Shown in pieces: positions 1-13,702 of a stretch of 64,000 nucleotides of DNA. This stretch comes from Octopus vulgaris. Lineage: Eukaryota. The stretch's first letter is position 1. Every line of letters begins with the position of its first letter. Made by a program: the position numbers and the translations under genes. The notes below the pieces were generated by a model that was given only the letters and a program-made list of their open reading frames with translations, had not been told where the DNA came from and made no database searches. Where the stretch lies: assembly GCA_951406725.2 (NCBI GenBank), contig OX597822.1, forward strand, positions 16,864,001 to 16,928,000, written 5' to 3'.

Positions 1-171
1 ATTTATAATATATAACGAATGAAGCGCATACACAGAGGAATAGACGCATACATTTAAGATACTGAAATTGAATTTAATTATGTTCTGATAGAAAAGCCTC
101 TGGCTGCGATAAACCACCACATATTCTCCCATTTTGCTTTTATTGTACAAGTTACTCATCCGTAAATCTAA

Positions 172-310
172 AGGCCTTGTGGTCAGTATGTTGGACCCTC
201 GAGTGTATGGTCGTAGGTTTAATTTCTGGACCGGAGAACGTGCTGTGGAGTTGAGCGAGGCACTTCATTTCACCTGATCCCCGTCTACTCAGCTGAAAAT
301 GGACAGCGGC
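172..310 (+). mobile_element. Degenerate tRNA-derived SINE (Meta-domain-like family)
   Basis: Decayed A and B boxes (TGGTCAGTATG, GGTTTAATTTC), then TTGAGCGAGGCACTTCATTTCAC...CTACTCAGCTGAAAATGG; aligns by eye with copies at 29268 and 39953. Confidence 0.6.
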
Positions 311-745
311 ACAATGCTAGTGCACTCCTTTCCCCCGTTACAGAGTCACAGCCCCAAAGCCACAGATATACTTGAAATAAAAATTAACAAAGCAATTCAC
401 ACTCTTGTCAATGACGGATTTGCACAACTGAATTGAAAGAGGTGGGTCTTCCTGACAAGTAAGACAAATGCGTTTTGTAACTCTTTAAGTTGCTGGTCGG
501 AAACACAAGAAACCCAGAGCATCGCATTTCTGAACAGAAAGGATTTGGATGAAGTGTTTAATGAGAAAAAAGAGAGCGAATTGTTGTTGTTGTTGACGAT
601 GATGTTGCTGTTACTACCGTCACTTTGTTACAGCTTTCATTATTATTATATGAATACATGCATATATGTGTGTTATTATATATACAAATCCACATGTGTG
701 TATGTGTGTGTATGTATATATATATATATATATAAATATATATAT

Positions 746-1142
<397 letters not shown>

Positions 1143-1198
1143 CTCTATTTACATAATATTGAGGTCTCTTTCTTTCTTTTGTTATCTTACCGTTTTAT

Positions 1199-1240
<42 letters not shown>

Positions 1241-1244
<4 letters not shown>

Positions 1245-1624
1245 CGCAGGAGTGGCTGTGTGGTAAGTAGCTTGCTAACCGACCACATGGTTCCGGGTTC
1301 AGTTCCACTGCGTGGCATCTTGGGCAGGTGTCTTCTGCTATAGCCTCGGGCCGACCAATGGCTTGTGAGTGGATTTGGTAGACGGAAACCGAAAGAAGGC
1401 TGTCGTATATATGTATATATATGTATGTGTATGTGTGTTTGTGTGTCTATGTTTGTCCCCCTAGCATTGCTTGACAACCGATGCTGGTGTGTTTGCGTCC
1501 CCGTCACTTAGCGGTTCGGCAAAAGAGACCGATAGAATAAGTCCCGGGGTCGATTTGCTCGACTGAAGGCAGTGCTCCAGCATGGCCTCAGTCAAATGAC
1601 TGAAACAAGTAAAAGAGTAAAAGA

Positions 1625-1626
<2 letters not shown>
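1241..1626 (+). mobile_element. Full-length bipartite SINE (family A): tRNA-like head, internal (TA)/(TG) tract, LINE-like 3' tail
   Basis: A box TGGCTGTGTGG, B box GGTTCAGTTCC, body CTTGGGCAGGTGTCTTCT, tail GTGCTCCAGCATGGCC..AGTCAAATGACTGAAAC plus (GTAAAAGA)n; many copies in the window. Confidence 0.88.
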
Positions 1627-1720
<94 letters not shown>

Positions 1721-2832
1721 ATTTATGTATGTATGTATTAATGTGTGTATGAATGTTTGTATGTATGTATATTGCTGACGCCAAGAGAATCTATAAACTT
1801 TCCAGAGAACGATTTTGGGTGGGAACAGTGGATCTCGAAACACATAGAGCTATAAACAATAACATGTAAATATTGGGTTAAAAAACACCTTTGAATAGGA
1901 AAAGTCGAAGGTTTCCCGTGGGACTCGAACGTCCATCTCCGGGTGACATGTCAAACCTTTGATTTTTTTTTTCTATCAAAATGAATTTCTCCTCATAAAA
2001 CGCTGTGCTCCGCAAAGCTATGAATATCACGATTAATTAACAAATTTCAGTCACAAGTCGTTGAAACAGAACTATGAAAATCTGTTAAAATGTGCAAAGC
2101 CTTCCAGAGGCTCAGCTTGTAATGTGTGTCTATATACAGGTGTCTCTATACAGGTGTGTGTAGACATACAAGCTTATGGATGTGTACACACACTTCTGTC
2201 AAATGCATACAGACTAAAATTAAAGCGACAGCGATCCTTGTACATATGCATAAGTGTGCAGAGGTATATACGGACACAAATGCATGCTTATATGCATATA
2301 ACACACGCAAACATCCATACATAGTACATTACTCAATTTTTGTTTGCTTTGTATTATTTTGTTTTTGCTGTGTTTTGTTTATTTTTGTATTTTGTGGCGG
2401 GGCGGGGGGGGTAGTTAAACTCTACAGAACTCTGTTTCTGGGTTACAAGGCAGCTCTTTCTCTATTGGGAAGAAATTCGAAAATTAAAACTAAAAGTAAG
2501 CGCGCGCGCGCGTGTGTGTGTGTGTGTGTGTGTGTACTCTTTATTTTACTTTTATTTTAATCTCGCCGTCGTCTCAGATTGTCTGTAAAAGTCTTGGACA
2601 CTGCTCCATCTTCCGGACCCACCAATGATTGTAGAAAAATACAAAGCTGCAAATCCAGGAACAAAGCATCGATTAGAGTACAATGTAAGGGTTGGAGGGG
2701 GAGTAATTAAAAAACAGATCATATTTTCAAATCTCGGAAGGAAAAGGGGGAAATGAGAGAGAGAGAGAGAGAGACAGAGACAGACAGACAGACAGACAGT
2801 GAAATATATTAATAAGGACCGAATTAATATTA

Positions 2833-3040
2833 CTAGCGAAGTTTCAGAATCGTTAGCACTCTGCGCAAAGTGTTTAACGGCGTTTCGTTTGTCTTTACGT
2901 TCTGAGTTCAAATTCCGCCGAGGTCGACTTTGCCATTCATCCAATGGGGCTTTATAGAACAAGCACGAGTTGAATATTGGAGTTGATGTTATTGACTTAC
3001 CCGAAATTGCTGGCCTTGTGCCAGAATTTGAATCCAGTAT
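2833..3040 (+). mobile_element. SINE family B copy (Nin-domain-like body)
   Basis: GAGTTCAAATTCCGCCGAGGTCGACTTTGCC..TTCATCC and 3' end GGCCTTGTGCCAGAATTTGAA shared with many copies. Confidence 0.75.
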
Positions 3041-3133
3041 TACAGGCCAAGACCTCAACACTCTTATGTTACAAACACACCAAGTGCTTTCTGTGTTTGG
3101 GAAATAGAAAGCCCTTATGCCCAACCTCGATGA

Positions 3134-3176
<43 letters not shown>

Positions 3177-4034
3177 CGCACGCGCACACACACACACTCA
3201 TCTTTCACTCTCACACCTACGCAACAATTTAAAATAGGTTCCATTCCACATTTCGTTTTCATTTCATTTTTTTTTTTTGCCTTATATTCGTATGGAAAGC
3301 CCCTCCCATCACGTGACGTGACGCCCTCAGACACGTGCTCCTACCCCCTAACTATCACCACTAACCATCACCACTACCATCACTACCACCACCACCACCA
3401 CCATCACCACCGCATTGTCCGAATTGGCCTGCAACTTCAGCCAACCTCAGTGACAAATATACATTGTCTACGCTATCAATAACCGACAACAATGTCGGGT
3501 TATTCAAGTACCATTTCGTTTAAAATTGCATTCTTTAGAATTGTACAGGTGATACACATAGGTTAATTAACGAATACATAAGCATCAAAAGTAAATTTAT
3601 TCTGAACGCAGTCCAGGAATCATTTGAGAAGCCCCAGGTGAAAGTTTCAACTTTCATCGCCGACATGATTCAAACGTTTTATGAGAAGGCACGAAACTCA
3701 TCGGAGAATTCCTCTCTTCTATTAATTGTCAGAAACTCGTACACACACTCACACACACATACACACACACACAGACTTACACACATACACACAGACTTAC
3801 ACACACACACACACACACATATACATATATGTGTGTTAATGTATGTGTTAATGTATATGTATATTTATATGTATATATATATATATATACATATAAATAT
3901 ATATATATATATATACATACGTATGTGCATGTACACATACGTATGTACATATACACAAACACATACATATAAACATATACATACAAACATAAATATGTAC
4001 ATACATAAATACACATACATACACCACACATACA

Positions 4035-4075
<41 letters not shown>

Positions 4076-4263
4076 TCGATATATATATATATACACGATA
4101 TATATATATATATATCTATATATATATATATATATATATACGTATATACACGCGCACATGCATACACACATATAGACATACATACACACCGGCATACATA
4201 TACGCATACATTCACACATACATGCACACATATATAAATATACACGGACATACATGCACTTAG

Positions 4264-4299
<36 letters not shown>

Positions 4300-5104
4300 A
4301 CATACATGCATAATAGATGTGAAGTGTTTCTTCAATATTGACTCATAAACTTGGCTCGTCTCTTTAATAATAATCAATCAAAAATACTTTAGTCTACGAT
4401 ACCACAGTTCTAAATGCATTAAATTGAAACTGAATGGAGATAGGCTGGAATAATTATTGATTTCTTCTTTACTGAATTAATATATACACACTTCAATATA
4501 TATATATATATATATATATATCTATGTGTACACACTCACACTTTACTACAGTGTAATAACTAACGTCTTGTGCTCTGGGGTTATTAACACCGGTCAGGTT
4601 TTAACTATCAAGAAATCTATCGGCATGTACGTGGCCGTAAATATTGATTGGGGTCAATTTACGTACTTACCGAAACTTAAATTAAATTTCTTCAACAATT
4701 ATTAACTCAGCGACGTATAAAATATCCTTGTTTGTTTGGAGAGAATTCGATGGAAATAAAAATCTGTGCGTTCCATAAACTCATAAAGAGGTAGGAATTA
4801 TAATTAAAGAACCTTATTTGCACTCTTGATATTTTTCTTTTTGTTTTGTTTTTTTTGTTTTATTTGTTGTTTTGTTTGTTTGTTTGTTTGCAGTCAGGTG
4901 GGTTGGCGTTTAGAGTAGAGGAAGAGGTTGTTTCCGTGACTTTTGACCTTCGCGGGGCGTTGGAGGTCGGTGAGGTCGATGTTGATGCTGATAGCGTTAC
5001 TCTTTAAGAATTGCATTTCTCCATCATCCTCATCGTTATCATCATCGTTTACATCGTCATCATCTTCATCATCATCATCATCATCATCATCATTATCTTC
5101 ATCG

Positions 5105-5335
5105 TGAGTCCTAAGGATGGTTACTCGGTGTCCATCGCATATTAGTGACCGAGATCACAACACACCTCCCGAACGGGATGTCGATCCGTCATAGGGTGAC
5201 TTATTTACAGCTGAGTGGACTGAGCAACGTGAAATAAAGTGTTTTCTTCAAGAACACAACGAACGATCTAATCTGGGAATCGAAACCATGATCTTACGAT
5301 CGTGAGGGCATCACTCTAACCACTGGACCACAGGT
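5105..5335 (-). mobile_element. tRNA-derived SINE (Meta-domain-like)
   Basis: Reverse complement TGGTCCAGTGGTTAG...GGTTTCGATTCCC...GTCCACTCAGCTGTAAATAAGT. Confidence 0.75.
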
Positions 5336-5339
5336 GCAA

Positions 5340-6185
5340 GAAAAACCAGAAAAACATTAGAAGGGACGGAATTCCATAACAGCCGACGTCCTGCGAAAGA
5401 AAGGGTTATAATTCTTATTGCGGGACCTTGGAGAAGAACACAGTATGGAACGTGATATAAAGAAAGAATGAAAGGAGAGTCGTTGGGTGTATGTGGTACG
5501 AAATCAATTAGTTCCGAAGAGCAGAGGCCACTATAGTAGCGGAAGAATAATTAGAGGGAGTAGACAACACCACAACTGATTTATGCCCCTCTATTGAGCT
5601 ACAGGTATTTTGAGGATCTGTTATGTTATTCAGTAATTTTAAGCTAAATCTTGGGTGGGTCTCGAACTGGTGGAGGTTGTGGCGTTACTGGTTTGTGGCA
5701 CTTATTTTAATCACGTGCTTTAATCCAGCATTAAACAGCATGTCTGTAATAGGTGGACGATGCTGAAGTGTTAAAGGTGGGGATGACTCAGTGCCAATCA
5801 GCCTTTCTTAGATTATACAACTGATGTAGTAATATTTGCTAAAATGCGTCAACATAAAATGGTACGTTAATGCACCATTCTACCTTCATTCAAATTCCGA
5901 ATAAGAACGGGCTGCGCTGTTTGCTCGTATTCAAGCTAGAACTTATTAGTCTACCGTATTGGAACTCATCCCCTACAACATCTGGATTGTTTAACAAAGA
6001 ACTACAGCATGGCCAAAACAAATTGTAATCTACGTTGTTTTTCATTCTTCCTTTTCGAAATGCTCAAATTGCATTCACGGTGAATTTCGAAGAGCATCGT
6101 TACGTGTGTAATGATTTCCTTCTAGAGCAGCTGTGAAAATCCACTGAAGATCGCTAAATCCAAATTCGTAGAAACTTGCAGAAGA
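5340..6185 (-). mobile_element. Decayed non-LTR retrotransposon ORF2 3' part (Crack/Jockey-like)
   Basis: Minus strand reads LFFRYYSGLCSSEL...LWNSVPSNVF, the C-terminal signature also seen at 40480-41130; many stops and frameshifts. Confidence 0.55.
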
Positions 6186-6189
6186 CCTT

Positions 6190-6510
6190 GCTGTGGAAGT
6201 AATTAATACGTGTGTGTTTATATATGCATGTTAGTACATTTGTACTGGTGTACAAATATATATAAGCCCAATACACCCATCATGAATACTTGTCTGATAA
6301 GGGTACATCAGAAACATGTATCACAACCATATGTGCGCGATATGGTGATCTCATATAAGATTAACACCGCATTACCTTGCAAGTGGGGCCCAGTTAGAAT
6401 TTTCTTCAGGTCGAATAACCCATCCCGCTCAAATGGTTCTTGAACGAATATACAGTATAAATATACTAGCACGCACATATAAACACACACATATTAACTA
6501 CTTCCACAGC
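6190..6510. repeat. Fold-back element with about 65 bp inverted arms and an internal degenerate hammerhead-like motif
   Basis: GCTGTGGAAGTAATTAATA... versus ...TATTAACTACTTCCACAGC; TTGT-CTGATAA...GAAAC-ATGT-ATC-ACAA at 6290-6326. Confidence 0.65.
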
Positions 6511-6800
6511 TATAAAGTTTAATGATGATGAACGAATCACGCATATTTCCAGAGATGAGTGATTGATTCAGACTCTAAAGAACTCCTCTCAACACATGGC
6601 TATGATGCTCATCAGCCACTAAGGGACATGCTCAACTGGTTATGGTCAAACAACTGACAAGCAAATCTGTGGTATTGAGCAGAATATTTGCTGTAGCCCA
6701 TCTTTTATACCAAGACAAAACAATGTACCTGATAACACTTCCAATCAGTTAAGATCAGAAGCCATAAGAGCCACTGCCTGGTACTGCATCAGGGCAGCAG

Positions 6801-6852
<52 letters not shown>

Positions 6853-6853
<1 letters not shown>

Positions 6854-7662
6854 CCTCCTTCGTACCACTGAGTAGGTAAAAATGTACTGGAGTCCTCAGT
6901 CATCTGTGAAATCCCAACAAGGACATCAGACAAGATAATACTTTCCTTAAGATGTGGGCTGTGCCCAATAAGGCTGCTTTTTGCAAGACATGAATCTTGC
7001 ATGGGATTTCCAGTTGTCTTAAGAAGTTTTGAAGTTTCAGTGGGACTGAGCCCAAAGCTCCGATCACCACTGGTATCATTTTCACATTACCCTCTCGCAG
7101 TCCATACAGTCTTGCCATTTTCACTTTCAATTCAGAGAACTTGGTGATTTTTTCAACCTCTTCACTCACAACATTCATGTCATTTGGTATGGCTACATCA
7201 ATGATCTGACAGTATTTGTCTCTCTTATTTAGTATGACAATATCCGGCCGACGGTGTTCGATTACACGATCCATCTGAAAAATCATAGTCCCAGAGTATC
7301 GTTACTTTTCCATCCTCCTGCATGACTTTACTTGGTACATGCTCATACCAGTTCTCTGTTACTTCATATTGGTATTTATGGCATAAGTGCCAATGAAGAT
7401 ACACACACACTTTATCGTGGCAGCCCTTGTATTCTTTTTGTGCAAGGCTCTCACATCCACTTACCAAGTGGGTCACATTTTCCACACTCTTTCCACAGAG
7501 TCTGCATTTCTGGGCGTCAGAAGTTTTATAGATGTTATACTTCACTGAATTGGTGGCGAGAGCCTGGTCTTGTGCAACAATGATCAGGCTTTCGGCCTTA
7601 CGCTTCAAATCACCTCGCTCAAGTCATGCCCACGATGCTGTATTTTTCTTAACGTCTTGTGT
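6853..7662 (-). mobile_element. R4/Dong-type non-LTR retrotransposon 3' fragment (zinc finger plus restriction-like endonuclease)
   Basis: AQDQAL, CRLC..E.V.HLVSGC, RRPDIV, IDVAIP, VIGALG and LQKAALLGTAHILRKVL over two frames (ORFs 7225-7608 and 6900-7286). Confidence 0.88.
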
Positions 7663-7693
7663 ATTATTGCTATTATTATTATTATTATTGCTA

Positions 7694-7767
<74 letters not shown>

Positions 7768-7770
<3 letters not shown>

Positions 7771-8787
7771 TAGTTTTATTTTTATAGCGTGCTTTCACTT
7801 CACTACCGAGCGCAGCTCTGTGTGCCTTGGGTATGTGCTGTGATTTGTTGTGATGCTCTGATGGTTATTGTATGGAAAGTGTTCTGCGTAGGATGTGTGC
7901 AGTGCCTAGTAGTGCAATTTTCTGTATGTTATATGTGTTTGTAAGTCCTGGTGTTTTTGTTATGTATTTGTCTGAATATTTTTTTATCATGCCTAATGCA
8001 CCTACTATGATAGGAATTGTTTCTGTTTTTAGATTCCACATTCTGGTTACCTCTATTTCCAGGTCTTTGTATTTTGAGAGTTTCTCCATTTCTTTTAGAG
8101 ACACGTTGTCATCAGCCGGTATTGATACATCAATTAGAAAGCATTTTTTTCCTTCATGATCTTTGACAACTATATCTGGTCTGTTGGCCTTAATTTCTCT
8201 ATCTGTGTGTATCGGCATATCCCAGAGTATGGTTGCTTTCTCGTTTTCTGTGACCTTTTCTGGGCAGCCAGAGATAATATGATTTATTGTTTCTTGTCCA
8301 TCTCCACATATTCTGCAGTTACTTGTTATATTTCTTTTCATTACATGTTTTTGGTAATTTCTGGTGGGGAGGCTTTGGTCTTGTGCTGCAATTAAAAATC
8401 TCTCTGTTTCTGCTTTGAGTCCTGAGCTTCTCAACCATTGCTGGGATTTTTCTTTGTCTATTTCTTTTGCGTTTAGTTTAGTCCAGTATTTACCATGAAG
8501 GGGCTTTTCTTGCCATCGTTTTATCATGGTTCGTTGCTGTTCTATTTTTAGTTTGGATTTCATTTGTTTTATAGCTTTTGTTGTTTCTTCATCTTCTTCT
8601 TCTTCTTCTTCATATTTATTAGATGGTATCATTTCTTGTTTGTATTTGTCAGCTTCCTTAAATACTGAGAACAGTTTTTTGTTTTGCTCGTGTTTTGCCG
8701 CTATTTGTATCAGTTTTCCTTCCTTCTGAAGTAGATATTTTTGCAGTCCTATGGTGGTTATTTTATAGTAGTTTTCCAGTTGTATAT
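7768..8787 (-). mobile_element. R4/Dong-type non-LTR retrotransposon 3' fragment, second family
   Basis: ORF 7865-8632: W.EKPLHG, AAQDQSL, CRIC..ETINHIISGC, NRPDIV, EKLSKYKDL, IVGALG; an in-frame deletion follows the zinc finger. Confidence 0.9.
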
Positions 8788-8788
8788 G

Positions 8789-8828
<40 letters not shown>

Positions 8829-8843
8829 CATCATCATCATCAT

Positions 8844-8992
8844 TGCCTTTGCACAGCTTCTAACGCTGGAGATATACTACAGTGTCAGCTGTTCACTACC
8901 AGTGAACTAAGGTAACACTTCTTATTTTTCGAACACCTTCCGGAGTATTCGAGCGGTTCCAAGCAGTGCTGCTTTCTGCAAGTTCTCCACCT

Positions 8993-8994
<2 letters not shown>
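8844..8994 (-). mobile_element. R4/Dong-type extreme 3' fragment, third family
   Basis: VENLQKAALLGTARILRKVFEK* plus short 3' UTR, flanked by (ATT)n/(ATC)n. Confidence 0.8.
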
Positions 8995-9033
<39 letters not shown>

Positions 9034-9034
9034 A

Positions 9035-9455
9035 AGGTGGTAGAATCGTTGGAGCGACAGAAAAATTGCCTTGCTGCATTTGTTCCATTTCTATCTCCAA
9101 CTCGTGCTGATGCTAACATTGTTGTTCATCCTTTTGGAGTCGTTAAAATAAAGCAGCAGTCAAATACTTGAGCCAATGTAATCGACTAATCCCTTCCCGT
9201 CAAAACTGTGGCTCTTTTGTGCCAAAATTACTTTCAGTTATTAAATACGGTGGACTGGCAAAGTCGTTAGAGTGTCGGACAAAAGGAAACACGGTATTTG
9301 CTCCGACTCGCAACGCTTTCAGTTCAAATCAGCTACCGATATCAGCTTTGCTTTTCATCCGTTGAAGGTCGGTAAACTTAAGTGCAAGACGTGTGCTGGG
9401 ATCGATATAAACAATTAACAATCTTTCTCGCAAAATTGCAGATTTTGTGGCTAAA
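9035..9455 (+). mobile_element. Two tandem degenerate SINE family B copies
   Basis: Both carry a GG..G..GAATCGTT-like head, TTTTCATCC core and TTGTGCCAAAA-like end. Confidence 0.65.
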
Positions 9456-9482
9456 AAAGAAAAACAAAATTATTATCATACG

Positions 9483-9733
9483 TATTGGGTTGGTGCATAA
9501 TTATCGAGACGTTTTTCAACAAATTTTATTCAACAAAAACAATAACAACATGTAACAAAAACATCTTTAAATGATTATTCCGGAGCATATTCACCATCCA
9601 CTTCAATTACTGATTCCCCTTTGCTTGGCAGACGGTCACGCCGTCATTTAAATATGTTTTTGTTAAATATTCTTATAGTTTTTGTTAAATAAAATTTGTT
9701 GAAAAAGTCGCAATAATTATGCCCAACCCAATA
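9483..9733. mobile_element. Mariner-derived MITE with about 90 bp TIRs
   Basis: TATTGGGTTGGTGCATAATTAT ... ATAATTATGCCCAACCCAATA, TA-flanked; interior minus strand reads LPSKGESVIEVDGEY (mariner transposase C-terminus). Confidence 0.85.
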
Positions 9734-10041
9734 TATATATAGTAAATAAAAAAAAACAAAGAACAAACACAACAAACAACAAGTATTAGCAGACGCTCAG
9801 GAAGGAGAGAAAGTTGGTTTAACGTTTTAGAAACAGAGGAAAGTCCGATAGAAAGGAAAACGGAGGGAGAAAATCGCTAGCGATTCACATGAGGTTACAT
9901 TTTGAAATGTAATGTAATGTATGTATGTATGTATATATATATATATATATATATAATGATCATTGATATTATTATTATTAATATTTTAGATATATGTGTA
10001 TGTAGAGATGCATATACTAGTAACAAATATGTTTATATATG

Positions 10042-10074
<33 letters not shown>

Positions 10075-10091
10075 ACGCACGTAATGTGCGT

Positions 10092-10124
<33 letters not shown>

Positions 10125-10842
10125 CATACACACTCATATGTACGCACATGAAATGTATATATCTATATACATATATACACACACATGTACAGCTTTTAAA
10201 TATATATACATTGACTTGCATTAGCGTCCATTCAATTGTGCACAGACTATGAACACTAAAGTCTATTTAGAAGACAAGAGTCCATTTACGAGGCTGCCAT
10301 TGGCTTCTTCATTTCTCGTGTATGTACTCTGCTAGAAAGTTCTGATGGTGATAGAGTAGTCTTGACTTCATCATTTAGAATTTTGCTTCCAGCGTCAAAG
10401 CATTCGCATTGAAACTTATCATTTTTCCCTCACACTATAAATAGATGTCTACAATAATGCGTGTATAAAGTCGGATATATATTCGGTCGTATTATTTATT
10501 CGTGGTTCAATGTAACTGTTGATAGAGACGTAAGTATTAATTTGTGATGTGTGTGTATGTGTGTATACATACATGTATGTATACCTTGAATGTTGTATAA
10601 ATAACCATATATATGTATATATATATATATATATTTCTTTTATTTTTCTTTTATTTGTTTGTCATTTGACTGCGGCCATGCTGGAACACCACCTTTAGAC
10701 GAGCAAATCGATCCCAGGGCTTATTCTTTGTAAGCCTAGTACTTATTCTATCAGTCGCTTTTGCCGAACCGCTAAGATACAGGGACGTAAACACACTAGC
10801 ATCGGTGGTCAAGTGCTGTTGGAGGGACAAAGACAAACACAT

Positions 10843-10891
<49 letters not shown>

Positions 10892-10902
10892 TATATATAT
10901 AT

Positions 10903-11178
10903 AAACAATTGCAGCGTGGAAGGTGTTTGTAAGCCATTTAAGAAACACACAAAAGCCGTTCGATTCACTTCAACATTTAAGTTTAATTTGTCAAAATATT
11001 TTCGTTGCTAAAATCCGCGACCTCTTCACTGACAAATATCTGCACGGATTTTTGTCAGTGAAGAGGTCGCGGATTTTAGCGACGAAAATATTTTGACAAA
11101 TTAAACTTAAATGTGAATCGAACCTCTTTTGTGTGTTTCTTAAATGGCTTACAAACACCTTCCACGCTGCAATTGTTT
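10903..11178. repeat. Near-perfect inverted repeat (about 130 bp arms, 14 nt loop)
   Basis: AAACAATTGCAGCGTGGAAGG...TGACAAA and its reverse complement. Confidence 0.95.
11051..11100 (+). ncRNA. Minimal type-I hammerhead-like motif (GUGAAGA core variant); mirror copy on minus strand at 10987-11036
   Basis: TTTGTCA-GTGAAGA-G-GTCGC-loop-GCGAC-GAAA-ATAT-TT-TGACAAA; 7 bp helix I, palindromic ATAT loop. Confidence 0.6.
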
Positions 11179-11233
11179 TCGTTTCCAGCACACGATCTCA
11201 GATCAAATCACTTGCTATGCAAGTACATCTCCG

Positions 11234-11264
<31 letters not shown>

Positions 11265-11875
11265 CGATGGACTTCTTTCAGTTTCCGTCTACCAAATCCA
11301 CTCACAAAGCTTTGGTTGGCCCAAGGCTGTAGAAGACAGTGCCATGCAGCGGGATAGTGGGACTGAATGTGGAACCATGTGGTTGGTAAGCAAGCTACTT
11401 ACCACACACCCACTCCTGACCCTATATACACACATTATATACATATGCACACACAAACACACACGCGCAAAAATGTGTGTGTAAAAGTGTTTGTTACAGA
11501 ACTTATTTGTGTTGTGTTAAGTAAATCTCATTTATTTGTATATCCATCCACTCTGTATATCAAAGTACTTATGTGCATCCATACTTGAAACTAATACAAT
11601 TCTGCTGTATTTTCTTGTGGGCTTGTAAACACCTTTTACACACAAATGCATTAATTACAATTAAAGAAAAGCATCTTTCTACATAATTACCCTTATTCAC
11701 AAGCCTGTGCGAATGTGTGTGAGTGTGTGTGCTCTAATATTCATATAGATGAACTTAGAACTTCTAGAATTCACTGGTAACTTTTCACCGGCAAGATCAA
11801 TTATTATATTTAAAAAGTTCTCATATATAAAATGGAATTTTTTTCATCTATTGTGACAAAACACACAAAAATTAA

Positions 11876-11996
<121 letters not shown>

Positions 11997-12140
11997 AACG
12001 GACGGACGGATGGATGGATACTCACAGACATACATGCATACAAATATGTATATATACTAATGCATGTTTTTTATGCTATAATAAAAACGATTGTCCATTA
12101 AATTGAAAGATCACTCAATACGTTTGGTAGAGTATAAATT

Positions 12141-12265
12141 TATTATTCTTAAACATAAAAAGCATTGACAGTGACTTCGAAGTTTCGGTCAACTAAGCCG
12201 ATGATGGTTTAACTAGCCGAAACTTCGAACTCACTGCCGATGGCATTAATTGTTAAAGAATAATA
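12141..12265. repeat. Small fold-back with hammerhead remnants
   Basis: CAGTGACTTCGAAGTTTCGG / CCGAAACTTCGAACTCACTG; CCGATGA-TGGTT..AGCC-GAAAC-TTCGAA. Confidence 0.65.
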
Positions 12266-12324
12266 CACACACACATACATACATACATACATACATACAT
12301 ACATACATACATACATACATACAT

Positions 12325-12415
<91 letters not shown>

Positions 12416-13073
12416 AAGGGAGAGAGAGAGATCATCTCCAAACGATATGCCTGTCCTTTTTTTTTAATGGTAAATCAAATTTAATGAATTCTTGATTCTT
12501 GATTTTATCTCCTCTTCTCAAGTAAAACTGATCAGAATTGCCATTTTAGTCATTTTAATACATCCGCAAGAAGCAGAGATCCCTTTAACGTATAGTATTT
12601 GATGTACCTGCATTTGTCTATGTTGTTCAAATCCATCCCTAATGATCGCTCGGAGTAATTTCTCAGTTTTGCTCATTTTCGTTTGCATGTATCCTACTTC
12701 GTCTCTACTGAAGATAACATCTGTTTTTCTTGATGGAGTTTATTGAAGAACAAACACCACAACGACGACGATGACAGGTGCCTTCTGGTCCTTATGGCAA
12801 AAAACACCGCTTCTTCCTCAATGGCTACACTTTTCGGGGAAGTCACGAGTCTTGAGATTATGTCCAAATTCTAGTCGGTGAGACGATCCCATTCACCATC
12901 AGTTGCTCGCCTTCGCTCAAGGAATAATTTCTGTAATAAATCAAGAAGTTATTTTCTACGTTGTTTAATACGCCTCCATCTTTGTTATGAAAATTCTTGT
13001 CACTCACCACTTATTTCTTTTTGTTACTTTGGAATCGAATAAAGGAGTTTATCTGCTGATTTTATGAAACTCC

Positions 13074-13138
<65 letters not shown>

Positions 13139-13179
13139 CCTCTCTCTTTCTCACTGCCTATCTCTCAATCTCTCTCTCT

Positions 13180-13234
<55 letters not shown>

Positions 13235-13666
13235 CTCTTTCACGTTAATCGCTCGGCGCAAAACAACTGTTTTCGGTTTAGTCACGAAATAACCATTCCT
13301 TTACTTACGATACACACACAAATGCACACGTATACACACACGCACTTTGAGTGTAAGTGCGTGTATGTTTGTGGCTGTATATATATATGTGTGTGTGTGT
13401 GTGTGTATGAATATGTAGGCATATGTATGTATATGTATGCATATGTATGTATGTATATCTATATATGTATATATACATATATGTTTACTTATTCGAATCA
13501 TTATATATACTATACATAGATATATGTATATGTGTGTGTATTAATATATATATATATATATGCGTGAATACACACACGCGCGCGCGCATATGTGATAATT
13601 CCGAAATACTTATTCGAATCATTATATATTATATACAAACAAATATGTGTGTGTATGTTTGTGAGA

Positions 13667-13702
<36 letters not shown>

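Larger units (their letters stand above)
10650..11418 (-). mobile_element. SINE family A copy split by a fold-back insertion in its internal microsatellite
   Basis: 3' half at 10650-10845 and 5' half at 11265-11418, same orientation. Confidence 0.8.

Noticed and set aside
2578-2684. Possible 107-nt exon (CAG|...|GTAAGG) with one open frame
   Set aside because: Peptide unrecognisable, weak donor, and no partner exons found
6740-6797. Resemblance to U2 snRNA (ATCAGTTAAGATCAGA; CCTGGTACTGCA)
   Set aside because: Only two short imperfect matches; stem IIa cannot form, and there is no branch-point recognition or Sm site
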